Below, piece by piece: positions 38,493 through 50,040 of a stretch of DNA of 64,000 bases. The notes under the pieces were generated by a model. That model worked only from the letters and a program-made list of their open reading frames with translations, made no database searches and was not told the origin of the DNA. A program made the translations under genes and the position numbers. This stretch comes from Escherichia coli (GTDB lineage: Bacteria > Pseudomonadota > Gammaproteobacteria > Enterobacterales > Enterobacteriaceae): NCBI RefSeq assembly GCF_003334785.1, contig NZ_QOWV01000015.1. One strand, 5' to 3'. Position 1 is the first letter of the stretch. Each line of letters opens with the position of its first letter.

Positions 38493-38951
38493 TTATTGAG
38501 TTGAAACGAGAAGCTTATAAATTTTTTCCAGATCGTCGATATTTCGAACGCGGATTAACAGCCGACGCTGTTCTAATTGCATCACCAACACGCCATCTTC
38601 CGACAAGTTCATCGCTTTGATTCGGCTATATTCAATCCAGACATTGGCGAAGAAAAAACCTTTTTGTTTAAAGATGATCTTCGGAACGCGGATCCAGAAT
38701 ATATAAAAACCCATCAGAGCCAGTGCGCTTAATAACCATGTCGTTATTAACGCACCATGATTCGTGACGTTGTTATAGATAAGAATGACAATCAATCCGA
38801 CGAAGATAACGCTATCGATGCGACCACGCCGGAGCAAAGGAATTGCCAGCAGGGTGGGGCCATTACGGCGGGGCATGATGAACTGATCGTAGATCGCGAA
38901 GGCCAGGAGTGCGGCGATGAAAAGAATCAGTACCAGGTCCGTGATTGTCAT
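38493..38951 (-). CDS. yobD: Inner membrane protein YobD (UPF0266)
   Basis: 152-aa ORF with three predicted TM segments. Confidence 0.85.
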
Positions 38952-39005
38952 TAATCCTCCAGATAAAAAAACGGGGCCAAAAGGCCCCGGTAGTGTACAA
39001 CAGTC

Positions 39006-39857
39006 TTACAGTCCCAGCAGGCCGCAAGCGTAACCAGCGATACCGATGACGAAGAAGCCAACGATGATCCACAGCGGGTTAACTTTTTTGCGCAGTAGCC
39101 ACATACAAGCAAAGGTCAGCAGCAGTGGTACCAGGCCTGGCATTAACTGGTCCAGAATAGTCTGGACAGTAGTAACGTGTTCTTTGCCCGTCTGGTCAGT
39201 AATGCGAGAGACAACCAGCGGGATGTTGACATGTGTCCACTTGTTAACCAATGCCCCCATGACAAACAGGCCGAGGATAGACGCCCCTTCCGTCAGTTTT
39301 TGCAGGAAGCCACCACCCATATCTTTAACGATATCGATACCTTTGGAGTAACCATACGCTACGCCGTAGTAACGGGTTGCCAGACGCACCAGGTTAAACA
39401 GGATGAAGAACAGCAGCGGACCTAACAGGCTGCCGCTCATCGCGATACCGGCACCCAGTGCTGCAAATACCGGACGTACGGTTCCCCAGAAGATCGGGTC
39501 GCCTACACCAGCCAGTGGCCCCATCAAACCGACTTTGATACCGTTGATAGCACCGTCGTCGATCTCTGCGCCATTAGCACGCTGTTCTTCCAGCGCCAGG
39601 GTTACGCCGAGAATCGGCGCAGCCACGAACGGCTGGGTGTTAAAGAACTCCAGGTGACGGCGAATAGCTTGTTTACGAGCTTCGTTGTTCTCAGGGTAGA
39701 GGCGACGAATTGCCGGTACCATAGAGAAGCAGAAACCCAGTGCCTGCATACGTTCGAAGTTCCATGAACCCTGGAAGAGGTTAGAACGCAGGAAGACGCC
39801 ACGAATATCACTTTGAGTGAGTTTTTTCTCGGTGGTAGTTTGAGTTGTATCAACCAT
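39006..39857 (-). CDS. manZ: Mannose PTS EIID component ManZ
   Basis: Start set at ATG with SD AGGTGA (283 aa, MVDTTQTTTEKKLTQ...); track ORF begins 3 codons earlier at GTG. Confidence 0.9.
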   Translation of the reverse strand: MVDTTQTTTEKKLTQSDIRGVFLRSNLFQGSWNFERMQALGFCFSMVPAIRRLYPENNEARKQAIRRHLEFFNTQPFVAAPILGVTLALEEQRANGAEIDDGAINGIKVGLMGPLAGVGDPIFWGTVRPVFAALGAGIAMSGSLLGPLLFFILFNLVRLATRYYGVAYGYSKGIDIVKDMGGGFLQKLTEGASILGLFVMGALVNKWTHVNIPLVVSRITDQTGKEHVTTVQTILDQLMPGLVPLLLTFACMWLLRKKVNPLWIIVGFFVIGIAGYACGLLGL

Positions 39858-39869
39858 TTCGCTCACCTG

Positions 39870-40670
39870 TTAGTCCAGTTCGTTATCGAGATCGTTGTTA
39901 CCAGCTGCCTGAGCAGGCGCACCGGCTACGCGGTTGTATTTCGGGCTAAGTTGGATGTAGAGCACTGCCATAACAGTACCAATCACACCCAGAGCAACCA
40001 GGTTAAAGTTGGTGAATGCTGCGGTTACGAAGCCGAGGTAGAAGAACGGCATCAGGTAGCCAGCACGCATCATGTTGATAACCATCGCATAACCAACCAC
40101 CACGATCATGCCACCGGCGATATTCAGACCATTGGTCACCACTTCCGGAATCGCATTCAGCATGTTCTGTACTTCGCTGGTACCAACAGACAGCGCAACG
40201 ATGACGGCCGGAATAGCCACACGCATTGCTTGCAGGAACAGAGAAGAAACGTGGATCCAGGAAATCGCTGTCAGGTTGCCGTTATCAGCAGCCTTATCCG
40301 CAGCGTGCTGGAAAGCAACGGTAATAGTACGAACGATGATGGTCAGTACCTGGCCCGCAGCGGCCAGAGGGATTGCCAGTGCGATACCTGCACCAATGCT
40401 CTGATGACCTGCGATAACCAGAATGGTAGAAATGATAGAAGCCAGAGCGGCGTCAGGCGCAACTGCAGCACCGATGTTCATCCAGCCCAGCGCGATCATT
40501 TCCAGCGTACCACCGATAATAATACCGGTTTTCATATCCCCAAGAACGATACCCACCAGGGTACACGCGATTAGCGGACGGTGAAACTGAAATTCATCGA
40601 GGATTGATCCCATACCTGCGATACAGGCTACGATAAATACCAGCACAATTTGAAGAGTGGTAATCTCCAT
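39870..40670 (-). CDS. manY: Mannose PTS EIIC component ManY
   Basis: 266-aa polytopic membrane ORF MEITTLQIVLVFIVACIAGMGSILDEFQ... Confidence 0.92.
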   Translation of the reverse strand: MEITTLQIVLVFIVACIAGMGSILDEFQFHRPLIACTLVGIVLGDMKTGIIIGGTLEMIALGWMNIGAAVAPDAALASIISTILVIAGHQSIGAGIALAIPLAAAGQVLTIIVRTITVAFQHAADKAADNGNLTAISWIHVSSLFLQAMRVAIPAVIVALSVGTSEVQNMLNAIPEVVTNGLNIAGGMIVVVGYAMVINMMRAGYLMPFFYLGFVTAAFTNFNLVALGVIGTVMAVLYIQLSPKYNRVAGAPAQAAGNNDLDNELD

Positions 40671-40732
40671 TGTACTTCTCCTGTTTACGTAAGACTTAAG
40701 TGTGAAAACTGAGTGATAATCAACACAATACG

Positions 40733-41704
40733 TTACTTATCGATTTTGCTGATCAGATCCATCATTTTCAGTTTCGGATCGGTGGAAACCTTACGGACTT
40801 CCAGCTCAATACCGCGCGCATTCAGTTTCTTGAACGCCTCGATATCTTTTTCATCAACCGAAACCGCGTTATTCACCTGGGTTTTACCCTGACGGAATGC
40901 CATACCACCGACGTTAACAGAGGTGATTTTCACGCCGCCTTCAACGAGACGCTCTACATCTGTTGGGTTGGTAAATAACAGCATTACGCGTTCGCCAGCA
41001 TATTTCGGGTTGTTGTAGACGCGAATCATTTTGGCAACATCAACTACGTGTGCTGTTACGCCCGGAGGTGCAACCTGGGTGAGCAGTGTCTTACGAACGG
41101 TATCCGCAGCCACTTCATCACTAACAACAATAATACGGGAGACATTGGTTTCTTTGGTCCAGCGGGTGGCGACCTGACCGTGAATCAGACGGTCGTCGAT
41201 ACGCGCAAGGCCAATAACCATGTAGTCGTTTGGCCCCATTGGTTTTGCCGGAGTTGGAGCCGCTTTTGGTGCTGCGGCAGCGGGTGCTGGCGCGGCTTTT
41301 TCAACCGGTTTGGCTTTCAGTGCTTTCACGCCTTCACGGCCTGTTTCTACTGCCAGTGCCACCAGTTCATCAAAGCTTGGGTCATCATCACGGGCCATTA
41401 ACGTTTCCACGAGCATTGGAATGTTAACGCCTGCAATGACTTCATAATGCTCTTTGTCGACGACAATGCGGCTGGCAGCATTGAACGGGCTGCCTCCCCA
41501 TGTATCAACGAGAAACAGCACGCCTTTAGTGGTGTCGAGTTTTGCCAACTGAGCGTTGTACTTTTCAATCAGCGTTTCGGCATTTTCACCTGGAACGAAA
41601 TCGATCCAGCCGACGTTTTCCTGCTCGCCTAACAGCATTTCTGCCGTTTTAAGCAACTGCTCTGCAGCCCAACCATGTGTGCCTATAACAATAGCAATGG
41701 TCAC
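40733..41704 (-). CDS. manX: Mannose PTS EIIAB component ManX
   Basis: 323-aa ORF MTIAIVIGTHGWAAEQLL...; Ala/Pro-rich linker between IIA and IIB. Confidence 0.93.
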   Translation of the reverse strand: MTIAIVIGTHGWAAEQLLKTAEMLLGEQENVGWIDFVPGENAETLIEKYNAQLAKLDTTKGVLFLVDTWGGSPFNAASRIVVDKEHYEVIAGVNIPMLVETLMARDDDPSFDELVALAVETGREGVKALKAKPVEKAAPAPAAAAPKAAPTPAKPMGPNDYMVIGLARIDDRLIHGQVATRWTKETNVSRIIVVSDEVAADTVRKTLLTQVAPPGVTAHVVDVAKMIRVYNNPKYAGERVMLLFTNPTDVERLVEGGVKITSVNVGGMAFRQGKTQVNNAVSVDEKDIEAFKKLNARGIELEVRKVSTDPKLKMMDLISKIDK

Positions 41705-42166
41705 TTGCTACCTCCTTTATTATCGTTAACACCTCAACGTGCCAGATGTATTTTTGAATCGTCGTCCACAATCGAATCGATTCAGATAAGGGCTACAACC
41801 AAAAACCCCTGCGTTTCGCGATTTATTTTAGATATCGAAAAAATTATTTTATGTGATGAAGATCCGTAATTTAACTTTCGATTAGCAGAAATTTCGAAAG
41901 GTAAAATATCCTTGTCACATTCGTTTGCAAAGGAAGGTAAATCTTTGCCAAATCAGAGGCGTCTCTGATATGTTTAACTCCCGTTTAACAACCATGGAGT
42001 ATAGGGCAGTAGCCCGCAGTATGGATCGTCACCGACGTCATTTCAGCATCAGGCCTTTTAACGCCTGCCTTTCTGGCACTCTATGCCGCACCTTTCGTTT
42101 GCATTTTGTCGTTACGCCTGCATTATTTCTGGCGTCGAATAGCTATTCCTTAAGCAGGAGCTTGTC

Positions 42167-43723
42167 ATGGAATTCTTAATGGACCCCTCAATTTGGGCGG
42201 GGCTACTCACGCTTGTTGTTCTCGAAATTGTGCTGGGTATCGATAACCTGGTCTTCATCGCCATTCTTGCTGACAAACTGCCGCCAAAACAACGCGATAA
42301 AGCGCGTTTGCTGGGGTTATCACTGGCGCTGATTATGCGTCTGGGGCTGCTGTCGCTGATTTCATGGATGGTCACGCTGACCAAACCGCTATTTACCGTC
42401 ATGGATTTCTCCTTCTCCGGACGCGACCTGATTATGTTGTTCGGGGGGATATTCTTGCTGTTCAAAGCAACAACCGAACTGCATGAACGGCTGGAAAACC
42501 GCGATCATGATTCCGGCCACGGTAAAGGCTACGCCAGTTTCTGGGTGGTCGTCACACAGATTGTCATCCTTGACGCCGTCTTCTCGTTGGATGCGGTAAT
42601 TACTGCAGTAGGGATGGTTAACCATCTGCCGGTGATGATGGCGGCGGTAGTGATTGCGATGGCGGTTATGTTGCTGGCATCCAAACCGCTGACGCGATTC
42701 GTTAACCAGCACCCCACGGTGGTGGTGCTCTGTCTGAGCTTCCTGTTAATGATTGGTCTGAGTCTGGTGGCAGAAGGTTTCGGTTTCCACATTCCGAAAG
42801 GTTACCTGTATGCCGCGATTGGCTTCTCGATCATCATCGAAGTGTTTAACCAGATTGCGCGTCGCAACTTTATTCGCCACCAGTCGACTTTGCCGCTGCG
42901 AGCGCGTACTGCCGATGCCATCCTGCGTTTGATGGGCGGGAAACGTCAGGCCAATGTTCAGCACGATGCCGATAACCCGATGCCGATGCCGATCCCGGAA
43001 GGTGCATTTGCCGAAGAAGAACGTTACATGATTAACGGCGTACTGACGCTGGCGTCGCGTTCTCTGCGCGGGATCATGACGCCGCGCGGTGAAATAAGCT
43101 GGGTTGACGCTAATCTCGGGGTCGATGAAATCCGCGAGCAACTGCTCTCTTCACCGCACAGTCTGTTCCCGGTATGTCGCGGTGAACTGGATGAAATCAT
43201 CGGTATTGTACGTGCTAAAGAACTGCTGGTGGCGCTGGAAGAGGGCGTTGATGTGGCGGCGATTGCTTCGGCGTCTCCGGCGATTATCGTCCCGGAAACC
43301 CTCGATCCGATCAACCTGTTGGGCGTGCTGCGTCGTGCTCGCGGGAGCTTTGTTATCGTGACCAACGAGTTTGGTGTGGTACAAGGTCTGGTCACGCCGC
43401 TGGATGTGCTGGAAGCCATTGCGGGTGAATTCCCGGACGCTGACGAAACGCCGGAAATCATTACTGATGGTGACGGCTGGCTGGTAAAAGGCGGTACAGA
43501 TTTGCATGCCTTGCAGCAGGCGCTTGATGTTGAGCACCTTGCCGATGACGATGATATCGCGACGGTCGCGGGCCTCGTGATCTCGGCAAATGGTCACATT
43601 CCCCGTGTGGGCGATGTGATTGATGTAGGGCCACTGCATATCACCATCATTGAAGCCAATGATTATCGTGTTGATCTGGTTCGCATTGTTAAAGAGCAAC
43701 CGGCGCACGATGAAGATGAGTAA
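42167..43723 (+). CDS. yoaE: TerC-family membrane protein with CBS and CorC_HlyC domains, YoaE
   Basis: 518-aa ORF; N-terminal TerC-like TM region, C-terminal CBS pair and CorC/HlyC transporter-associated domain. Confidence 0.88.
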
Positions 43724-43726
43724 GCG

Positions 43727-45325
43727 TTAACGTAACGGCATAATGGGCGTGATATGTCCATTATGCCGGGCGGGCGGCGGTTGGCTGCCCGCCAGCCATT
43801 TGGGAAAATCACGTAGCGGCATCGGCTGTGCGTACAAATACCCTTGCAAAATATGCACGCCATGACGGCGCAAATACTTCGCCTGTTCTTGCGTTTCCAC
43901 GCCCTCCGCCACCAGTTCAATATTCAGTCTTTGCCCCAGCGCGATGATGATATCGGTCACCGTCGAGTTAACCGCGTCAGAACCTATAGCTGCGGTAAAT
44001 GACTTATCAATTTTCAGCACGTCAGGACGTAATGTTTCAAGCCAGGAAAACGAGCTGTTGCCGGTGCCGAAGTCATCAATCGCCAGTTTGACGTTTTTAC
44101 GATGCAGCTCGCGGGCAATCCGATAATCAACATCCAGTAAGGCATCGCGTTCGGTGATTTCGAGGATCAGTTGCTGAATCGGGTGAGCGCTAAACCAGTA
44201 CTGATTGAGATCTTTTATCAGCACACCACGGCGAAAATGGCTGGGTGCGACGTTAATGCCAACATGAAACTGACTACTCATCGGGAAAACATGGCGCTGA
44301 CGAATGGTTTCTGCCATCACATAGCGGGTCAGTGGCACAATTAAATGATGTTCTTCCGCGATAGGAATAAACACATCCGGTGAAATCCAGCCCTGACGCG
44401 GATTGTTCCAGCGCAGCAAAATCTCTACACCAATACATTGCTGGCTGCGCGCATTAAGCAAAGGCTGACAGAACAATTCGAACTCATGTTGCGCCAGGCC
44501 CAGATTGATTTCGCGGGAAAAGCTCATTCGGTAAGCGGTCGCCAGCCAGGCGATGTAGCCCACCAGTAAACTTAGCAGCACCGCCAGCGGTAATTGTGTT
44601 GGAAGATAGTGCCATGCCAGCGCCGTAGCCCCCGGACCATTAACGTTAATGGTAAAAGGAAAGCGTTGCGAAGAAACCTGATAGTTTTCATTGTCTTCAG
44701 GTTGCGGAAGGGAATCTACCAGCCCATTACCATAGAGCAAATGCCGTTTGTCCACCGTCAGGCTGGCGCTACTGATTTGCGGCAGTTGTGGCTCAAGCAG
44801 CATTGCCGTCAGTAAGTCGATGTTAATCATCTCCATGACCCCAGCATTGCTACTGCCCGCTGCAGGCGTCCATTGAATCAAAACCGGACTGCCTTTAATC
44901 AGGGCACGGTCGATCGTCAGGCGTAAAAGTGGTTGCGGTGCAGGAAGTTCAGCCAGAATGTCCACGACGGGCACATTGCGATAACCAAAAATGCTGGAGC
45001 AATAAAGTGTGCCGTCTTGCACCAGGCCAATGGATCGCACAGTTTGGAGTTTTGCCGCCTGTTTACGTAATGGCAAATGGGCGACAGAGCAGGGCAGACC
45101 AATCAGCGGAAGCAAGACTTCGCTACCTGCCTGTAGGGGAAGCAGTACTTTATCTAATTCCTCTACAGCGTGATTGGCGAATTGTACTACCCGTTGTTGA
45201 TTTAAGTTACGCTGTGAAATAAATCGCACGCTCAGGGTCGAAGCGAGCGTAACGAGTGCGCAAATCGTACAAACAATCATTCGATTACGACGATAGGTTT
45301 TAATGATCCGTTGTGCTTTTTGCAT
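43727..45325 (-). CDS. pdeD: c-di-GMP phosphodiesterase PdeD (YoaD), EAL domain
   Basis: Start trimmed to MQKAQRIIKTYRRNRMIVCT (532 aa); C-terminal EAL domain (LAIDDFGTGNSSFSWL). Confidence 0.88.
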   Translation of the reverse strand: MQKAQRIIKTYRRNRMIVCTICALVTLASTLSVRFISQRNLNQQRVVQFANHAVEELDKVLLPLQAGSEVLLPLIGLPCSVAHLPLRKQAAKLQTVRSIGLVQDGTLYCSSIFGYRNVPVVDILAELPAPQPLLRLTIDRALIKGSPVLIQWTPAAGSSNAGVMEMINIDLLTAMLLEPQLPQISSASLTVDKRHLLYGNGLVDSLPQPEDNENYQVSSQRFPFTINVNGPGATALAWHYLPTQLPLAVLLSLLVGYIAWLATAYRMSFSREINLGLAQHEFELFCQPLLNARSQQCIGVEILLRWNNPRQGWISPDVFIPIAEEHHLIVPLTRYVMAETIRQRHVFPMSSQFHVGINVAPSHFRRGVLIKDLNQYWFSAHPIQQLILEITERDALLDVDYRIARELHRKNVKLAIDDFGTGNSSFSWLETLRPDVLKIDKSFTAAIGSDAVNSTVTDIIIALGQRLNIELVAEGVETQEQAKYLRRHGVHILQGYLYAQPMPLRDFPKWLAGSQPPPARHNGHITPIMPLR

Positions 45326-45455
45326 GCGGGCCACCCTGTAAGCGTATGGCGACAAACGCCTGACGCAACAGTGGAAGTGTAGTGGGGAATATTACAGCAG
45401 ACGAGAAAGCGGGTATAAATTCGCCCATCCGTTGCAGATGGGCGAGTAAGAAGTA

Positions 45456-46820
45456 TTAGTCACACTGGACTTTGATTGCCAGACCACCGCGTGAGGTTTC
45501 GCGGTATTTGGCGTTCATGTCCTTACCGGTTTCGTACATCGTTTCGATGACCTTATCCAGCGAGACGCGCGGTGCACTGGTGCGGCGCAGAGCCATCCGC
45601 GCGGCGTTAATCGCCTTCACAGAGGCAATGGCATTACGCTCAATGCACGGCACCTGAACCTGCCCTGCAACCGGGTCGCAGGTTAAACCAAGGTTGTGTT
45701 CCATGCCAATTTCCGCCGCCACGCAAACCTGTTCCGGGCTACCGCCCAGCAGTTCTGCAAGACCCGCAGCAGCCATTGAACAGGCAACACCCACTTCGCC
45801 CTGGCAACCAACTTCCGCACCGGAAATAGAGGCGTTCATTTTATACAATGCACCAATCGCGCCCGCTGCCATAAAGTAACGGGTATAGATGTCCGGGCTG
45901 ACCGATTCAATAAAGTGGTCATAGTAAGCCAGCACTGCCGGAACGATACCGCAGGCACCGTTGGTTGGCGCAGTTACCACACGACCACCGGCGGCGTTTT
46001 CTTCGTTAACTGCCAGCGCAAACATGTTTACCCAGTCAATGACATTCATCGGATCGTTAGACAGTTTATCGCTGGAAACCAGCATCCGGCGCAGGGCAGA
46101 CGCACGACGTGGCACGCGCAGCGGGCCTGGCAGTACACCTTCGGTGTTCATCCCGCGATCGATACATGCCTGCATGGTTTGCCAGACATGCGCGAAATAC
46201 TCGTCGATCTCTTTCTTGCTGTGCAGCGCCAGTTCGTTCTGCATAGCGAGACCAGACAGCGAATAGCCGGTTTCATTACAGTACGCGAGCAGTTCGGTGG
46301 CAGATTTGAACGGATACGGCACGCTTACTTCGTTGGCAGCATCCTGACCAAAGTGTTCTTCATCGACGATAAAACCGCCGCCGATGGAATAATAAGTTTT
46401 GCTGTAGACGACTTCATCGCCGTTATAGGCGTGGATTTGCATACCGTTTTCATGCAGCGGCAGGTTGCCGTTATGAAAACGCATCCCGTTGTCGCGCGGG
46501 AAATCCACTTCATGCCGTCCCTGTGCCAGCAGCAGACGTTCGCGCTCTTCTACGTCGCGAATAAAACCGGGAATACTGTCGATATCCACGGTGGCAGGTT
46601 CGTTACCTGCAAGACCCATAATAATGGCGATATCGGTGTGGTGGCCTTTACCCGTCAGCGACAGTGAACCATAAACGTCCACGGCAACGCGAGTAACGCT
46701 ATCCAGTAAGCCTTTTTCGACCAGATCATCGACGAACTGTTTACCTGCCTTCATAGGCCCTACGGTATGGGAAGATGAGGGACCAATCCCCACCTTAAAC
46801 ATGTCGAATAGACTAATCAC
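45456..46820 (-). CDS. sdaA: L-serine dehydratase 1 SdaA
   Basis: 454-aa [29 protein letters not shown]..., Fe-S L-serine dehydratase family. Confidence 0.93.
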   Translation of the reverse strand: MISLFDMFKVGIGPSSSHTVGPMKAGKQFVDDLVEKGLLDSVTRVAVDVYGSLSLTGKGHHTDIAIIMGLAGNEPATVDIDSIPGFIRDVEERERLLLAQGRHEVDFPRDNGMRFHNGNLPLHENGMQIHAYNGDEVVYSKTYYSIGGGFIVDEEHFGQDAANEVSVPYPFKSATELLAYCNETGYSLSGLAMQNELALHSKKEIDEYFAHVWQTMQACIDRGMNTEGVLPGPLRVPRRASALRRMLVSSDKLSNDPMNVIDWVNMFALAVNEENAAGGRVVTAPTNGACGIVPAVLAYYDHFIESVSPDIYTRYFMAAGAIGALYKMNASISGAEVGCQGEVGVACSMAAAGLAELLGGSPEQVCVAAEIGMEHNLGLTCDPVAGQVQVPCIERNAIASVKAINAARMALRRTSAPRVSLDKVIETMYETGKDMNAKYRETSRGGLAIKVQCD

Positions 46821-47003
46821 GATAATACTCCTGACAAGGTGACTGGACTTCCAGTAACGAACTAATAACAGCGCATAGTGTAAGAGGGAACGCGGCGACT
46901 GGCTTAACTATTCACATGAATTAAACTAATCAAAAACCGCGATTTAACTAATATTGCGATGATTGTCTCAAGTAGTGTTTTGTAGATGTAAAGATAAGTA
47001 TAG

Positions 47004-47582
47004 TCAGGGTTTCACACCAATTTGCAGCGCCAGCTCACGAATTATGCCTGCGGTCATTCCCCATACAAAATACTGTTCGTACCAGGACAGCCATACCCGA
47101 TGTGAATCACCACGGCGGTAGATATCTAAAGGGTGATAACGACCCAGATGTAATGCCTGGGCGAGCGGCATTTCAAACACCGCCGAGACTTCATCTTCAC
47201 TGGCGCGATACGGCAGATCGGGCGGGATAATGCCGACCACTGGGGTTACCTGGTAGCCAGTGACGCTATCGACGGGCGGCAGCACGCCGATAACTTCAAC
47301 GGCGGAAGGCGGTATAGCGACCTCTTCTTCAGCTTCGCGCAGCGCGGCGGCGATAGCTGATGCGTCCGTGTCATCGACTGCACCTCCAGGGAATGCCACT
47401 TGTCCAGCGTGTTTACGCAGATGAATCGAACGCTGAGTCAGCAACAATCCCGGTTGCGGTCGACGGACGATGGGGATTAACACAGCAGCCTGACGATGAT
47501 TTAGGGTTTCCCGGTTAATTTGCGGGCGCAAAAGTTGAAAGCGCGATAAAAAATCATCAAGCGTCAGGCTACGGTATTCCAC
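47004..47582 (-). CDS. nudL: Nudix CoA pyrophosphatase NudL (YeaB)
   Basis: 192-aa ORF with Nudix box [25 protein letters not shown]; 3 nt downstream of pabB. Confidence 0.88.
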
Positions 47583-47585
47583 GTC

Positions 47586-48947
47586 TTACTTCTCCAGTTG
47601 CTTCAGGATACGATTAACTTTATCAAAAGTTTCCTGATATTCCGCTTCTTCCTGGCTATCGGCGACAATTCCACCGCCCGCAGAGCAGAAAATTTGTCCG
47701 TTAATGGCAGTCAGCGTGCGGATAGTAATACTGGTATCCATGTTGCCGCAAAAGCTCAAATAGCCAATGCTGCCGCACCAGGCATTGCGTCGCTGCGGTT
47801 CCAGTTCGTCGATAATTTCCATAGCCCGTACTTTCGGAGCCCCGGTTATTGAGCCACCAGGAAAAGCTGCGCGCAGCAGATCGCTGGCGTGTAACTGTTC
47901 TGGTAGTTGCGCCGTTATGGTGCTGACCAGATGATGCACGGCAGGGAAGGGTTCCACCACGAACAGCTCTGGTACTTTTACCGAACCTGCTACGGCAACA
48001 CGACCGATATCATTACGCATTAAATCGACAATCATCAGATTTTCGGCACGATCTTTCGCTGAGTTCGCCAGTTTTACTGCTTGTTTGCTATCTTCCTGAG
48101 GATCGGGCAGGCGTGGTAGCGTGCCTTTAATCGGGCGGGTCTGGATTTCACTATTATCACAAAGAATAAACCGCTCTGGCGAAAGGCTTAAAATTGCACC
48201 CTGTTCAAGACGTAAAAAAGCGCTAAATGGCGCGCGGTTGGCCTGATTAAGCTGAAGGAATGCCTGCCATTCATCGCCAGAATAGGTCGCATGAAAACGT
48301 TGGGCGAGATTCACCTGATAGCAATCACCGCTGTGCAGATATTCCTGTACCTGGCGAAATTTTTCGCCGTACTGCTCGCGGGTCATATTGGATTGCCAGT
48401 CGGAAGTGAGCGTGAAATCTTCCTGCGGCGAGAATTGCTGGCTTTCCAGCCAGGCCCGACGGGCATTGACATCATTATGACTCAGCAAAGAAACTGTATG
48501 ACGCTGGTGGTCGACAATGAGCGCCCAATCGTAGATACCCACTGCCATATCCGGCAGAACGATATCTTGTTCCGCAATTTCTGGCAGTGACTCAAAACGG
48601 CGGCCCAGATCGTAGCCAAACAACCCCAGTGCGCCGCCCTGAAATGGCAAATCTTCGTTATGCGTTGGGCGAATGTCTGCGCGATCCAGCACCTGCTGGA
48701 GCACCTGTAGCGGGTCATCAGTGGTCGTTGTGCGTTTTTCGCTTTCACTAACAACGGTTTCTTTACCGAAAGTGGTTAAAGTGCAAATCGGCTCGGCGAC
48801 CACAATATCAAAGCGGCTATACGGATGATCGGCATAGCCGGAGTGTAAAAGCATCGCCCACGGCAGGTGGCTTAAGCGGGAGAAATAAAATTCAGCGGCG
48901 TCCTGACGCCAGGGTAAAGTAATCACAGCGGGAGATAACGTCTTCAT
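47586..48947 (-). CDS. pabB: Aminodeoxychorismate synthase component 1 PabB
   Basis: 453-aa ORF, chorismate-binding enzyme family. Confidence 0.92.
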   Translation of the reverse strand: MKTLSPAVITLPWRQDAAEFYFSRLSHLPWAMLLHSGYADHPYSRFDIVVAEPICTLTTFGKETVVSESEKRTTTTDDPLQVLQQVLDRADIRPTHNEDLPFQGGALGLFGYDLGRRFESLPEIAEQDIVLPDMAVGIYDWALIVDHQRHTVSLLSHNDVNARRAWLESQQFSPQEDFTLTSDWQSNMTREQYGEKFRQVQEYLHSGDCYQVNLAQRFHATYSGDEWQAFLQLNQANRAPFSAFLRLEQGAILSLSPERFILCDNSEIQTRPIKGTLPRLPDPQEDSKQAVKLANSAKDRAENLMIVDLMRNDIGRVAVAGSVKVPELFVVEPFPAVHHLVSTITAQLPEQLHASDLLRAAFPGGSITGAPKVRAMEIIDELEPQRRNAWCGSIGYLSFCGNMDTSITIRTLTAINGQIFCSAGGGIVADSQEEAEYQETFDKVNRILKQLEK

Positions 48948-49020
48948 CAGTCCTGACTCTACTGGCTATGTGCCGGGTAGCATGAAATAATTAGCGCCAA
49001 CAATTTAGCAGGAGTTAACA

Positions 49021-49200
49021 ATGTTTGCAGGTTTACCTTCACTCACCCATGAACAGCAGCAAAAAGCTGTCGAGCGGATCCAGGAACTGATGGCACAAGG
49101 GATGAGCAGCGGCCAGGCAATCGCGCTGGTGGCAGAAGAGCTGCGTGCCAACCACTCCGGCGAGCGAATCGTGGCGCGTTTTGAGGATGAAGACGAGTAA
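49021..49200 (+). CDS. yoaH: Small protein YoaH (UPF0181)
   Basis: Not in the ORF track (59 aa); translates [59 protein letters not shown]. Confidence 0.8.
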
Positions 49201-49319
49201 CACACTAATCCGTATCGATTTCGTTATAGAAGCCGATGATCATTTGATTGTGAGAAAAAGGACGCTTTTTATATGTGATTAAAAGCGTCCTGACCCATTT
49301 ATGCTGATATAAATTTAAC

Positions 49320-49619
49320 TCAGACCAGTGCTTTTAGTTCTTCCTGCATATATGTTGAAAAGTATTCAGGATTTTTAATCACAGAACGTTCACCTGTCTC
49401 CATTTTTTTTGCCCATCCAACCATTTTTTCCGTGAACCCAGGGTTCCAGCCTTCCTGGTCAGCTCGCGCCGTAATATCAGCGGCACTCGCGGGTACTCCC
49501 AGTTCTTTTAAATATTTAAAGATTCCCTTCGCCGTGCTTTCATTCATCGAACTTGGTGTTGGCGCTGATACATCCATGGCACCAATGAAATCCAGGGCTT
49601 TATCTATTACAGCAGGCAT
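49320..49619 (-). CDS. yoaC: DUF1889 protein YoaC
   Basis: Start trimmed to MPAVIDKALDFIGAMDVSAPT (99 aa). Confidence 0.75.
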   Translation of the reverse strand: MPAVIDKALDFIGAMDVSAPTPSSMNESTAKGIFKYLKELGVPASAADITARADQEGWNPGFTEKMVGWAKKMETGERSVIKNPEYFSTYMQEELKALV

Positions 49620-50040
49620 ATTCTTATCCTTAAAATTAACCATGTTATCGATAAGGCTATATATGACCTTAATTTGCATCTAATATCAAAGGGATTATAA
49701 CGATATGGCACGAGTTAACCTGTTGACATTCAGGTGTTTTAAAGGTAGCAGCTCATGGTGTGTTATCCAGTAAGATGGAGAAATTTAACGGTCAGTCCGC
49801 ACGCTATAACCAGATTGTTCAGCTAAGAAAGAAAACCAGAGTTGCTAATCAAAGGGCGAACACAACGGCATGTTTATGTTTATTTATATAGTTAGTTTTA
49901 TAGATAAAATTGAAATTATAAATATAAATAATGAATTAGCAGAAGCATCAACAGTAATATCTTATTCTCTGGTCGATTTATGTAAAACCGACCAGTATTA
50001 TCGATAAATTATCGTCTGACTTATTTTGCTTCGATAAAGC

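Noticed and set aside
41925-42179. 84-aa ORF in the yoaE leader running into the yoaE start
   Set aside because: No ribosome-binding site, Arg/Ser-rich low-complexity product, reads through the yoaE start codon; more likely untranslated leader.
45915-46667. 250-aa ORF antisense to sdaA
   Set aside because: Shadow ORF inside sdaA; no start context or domain.
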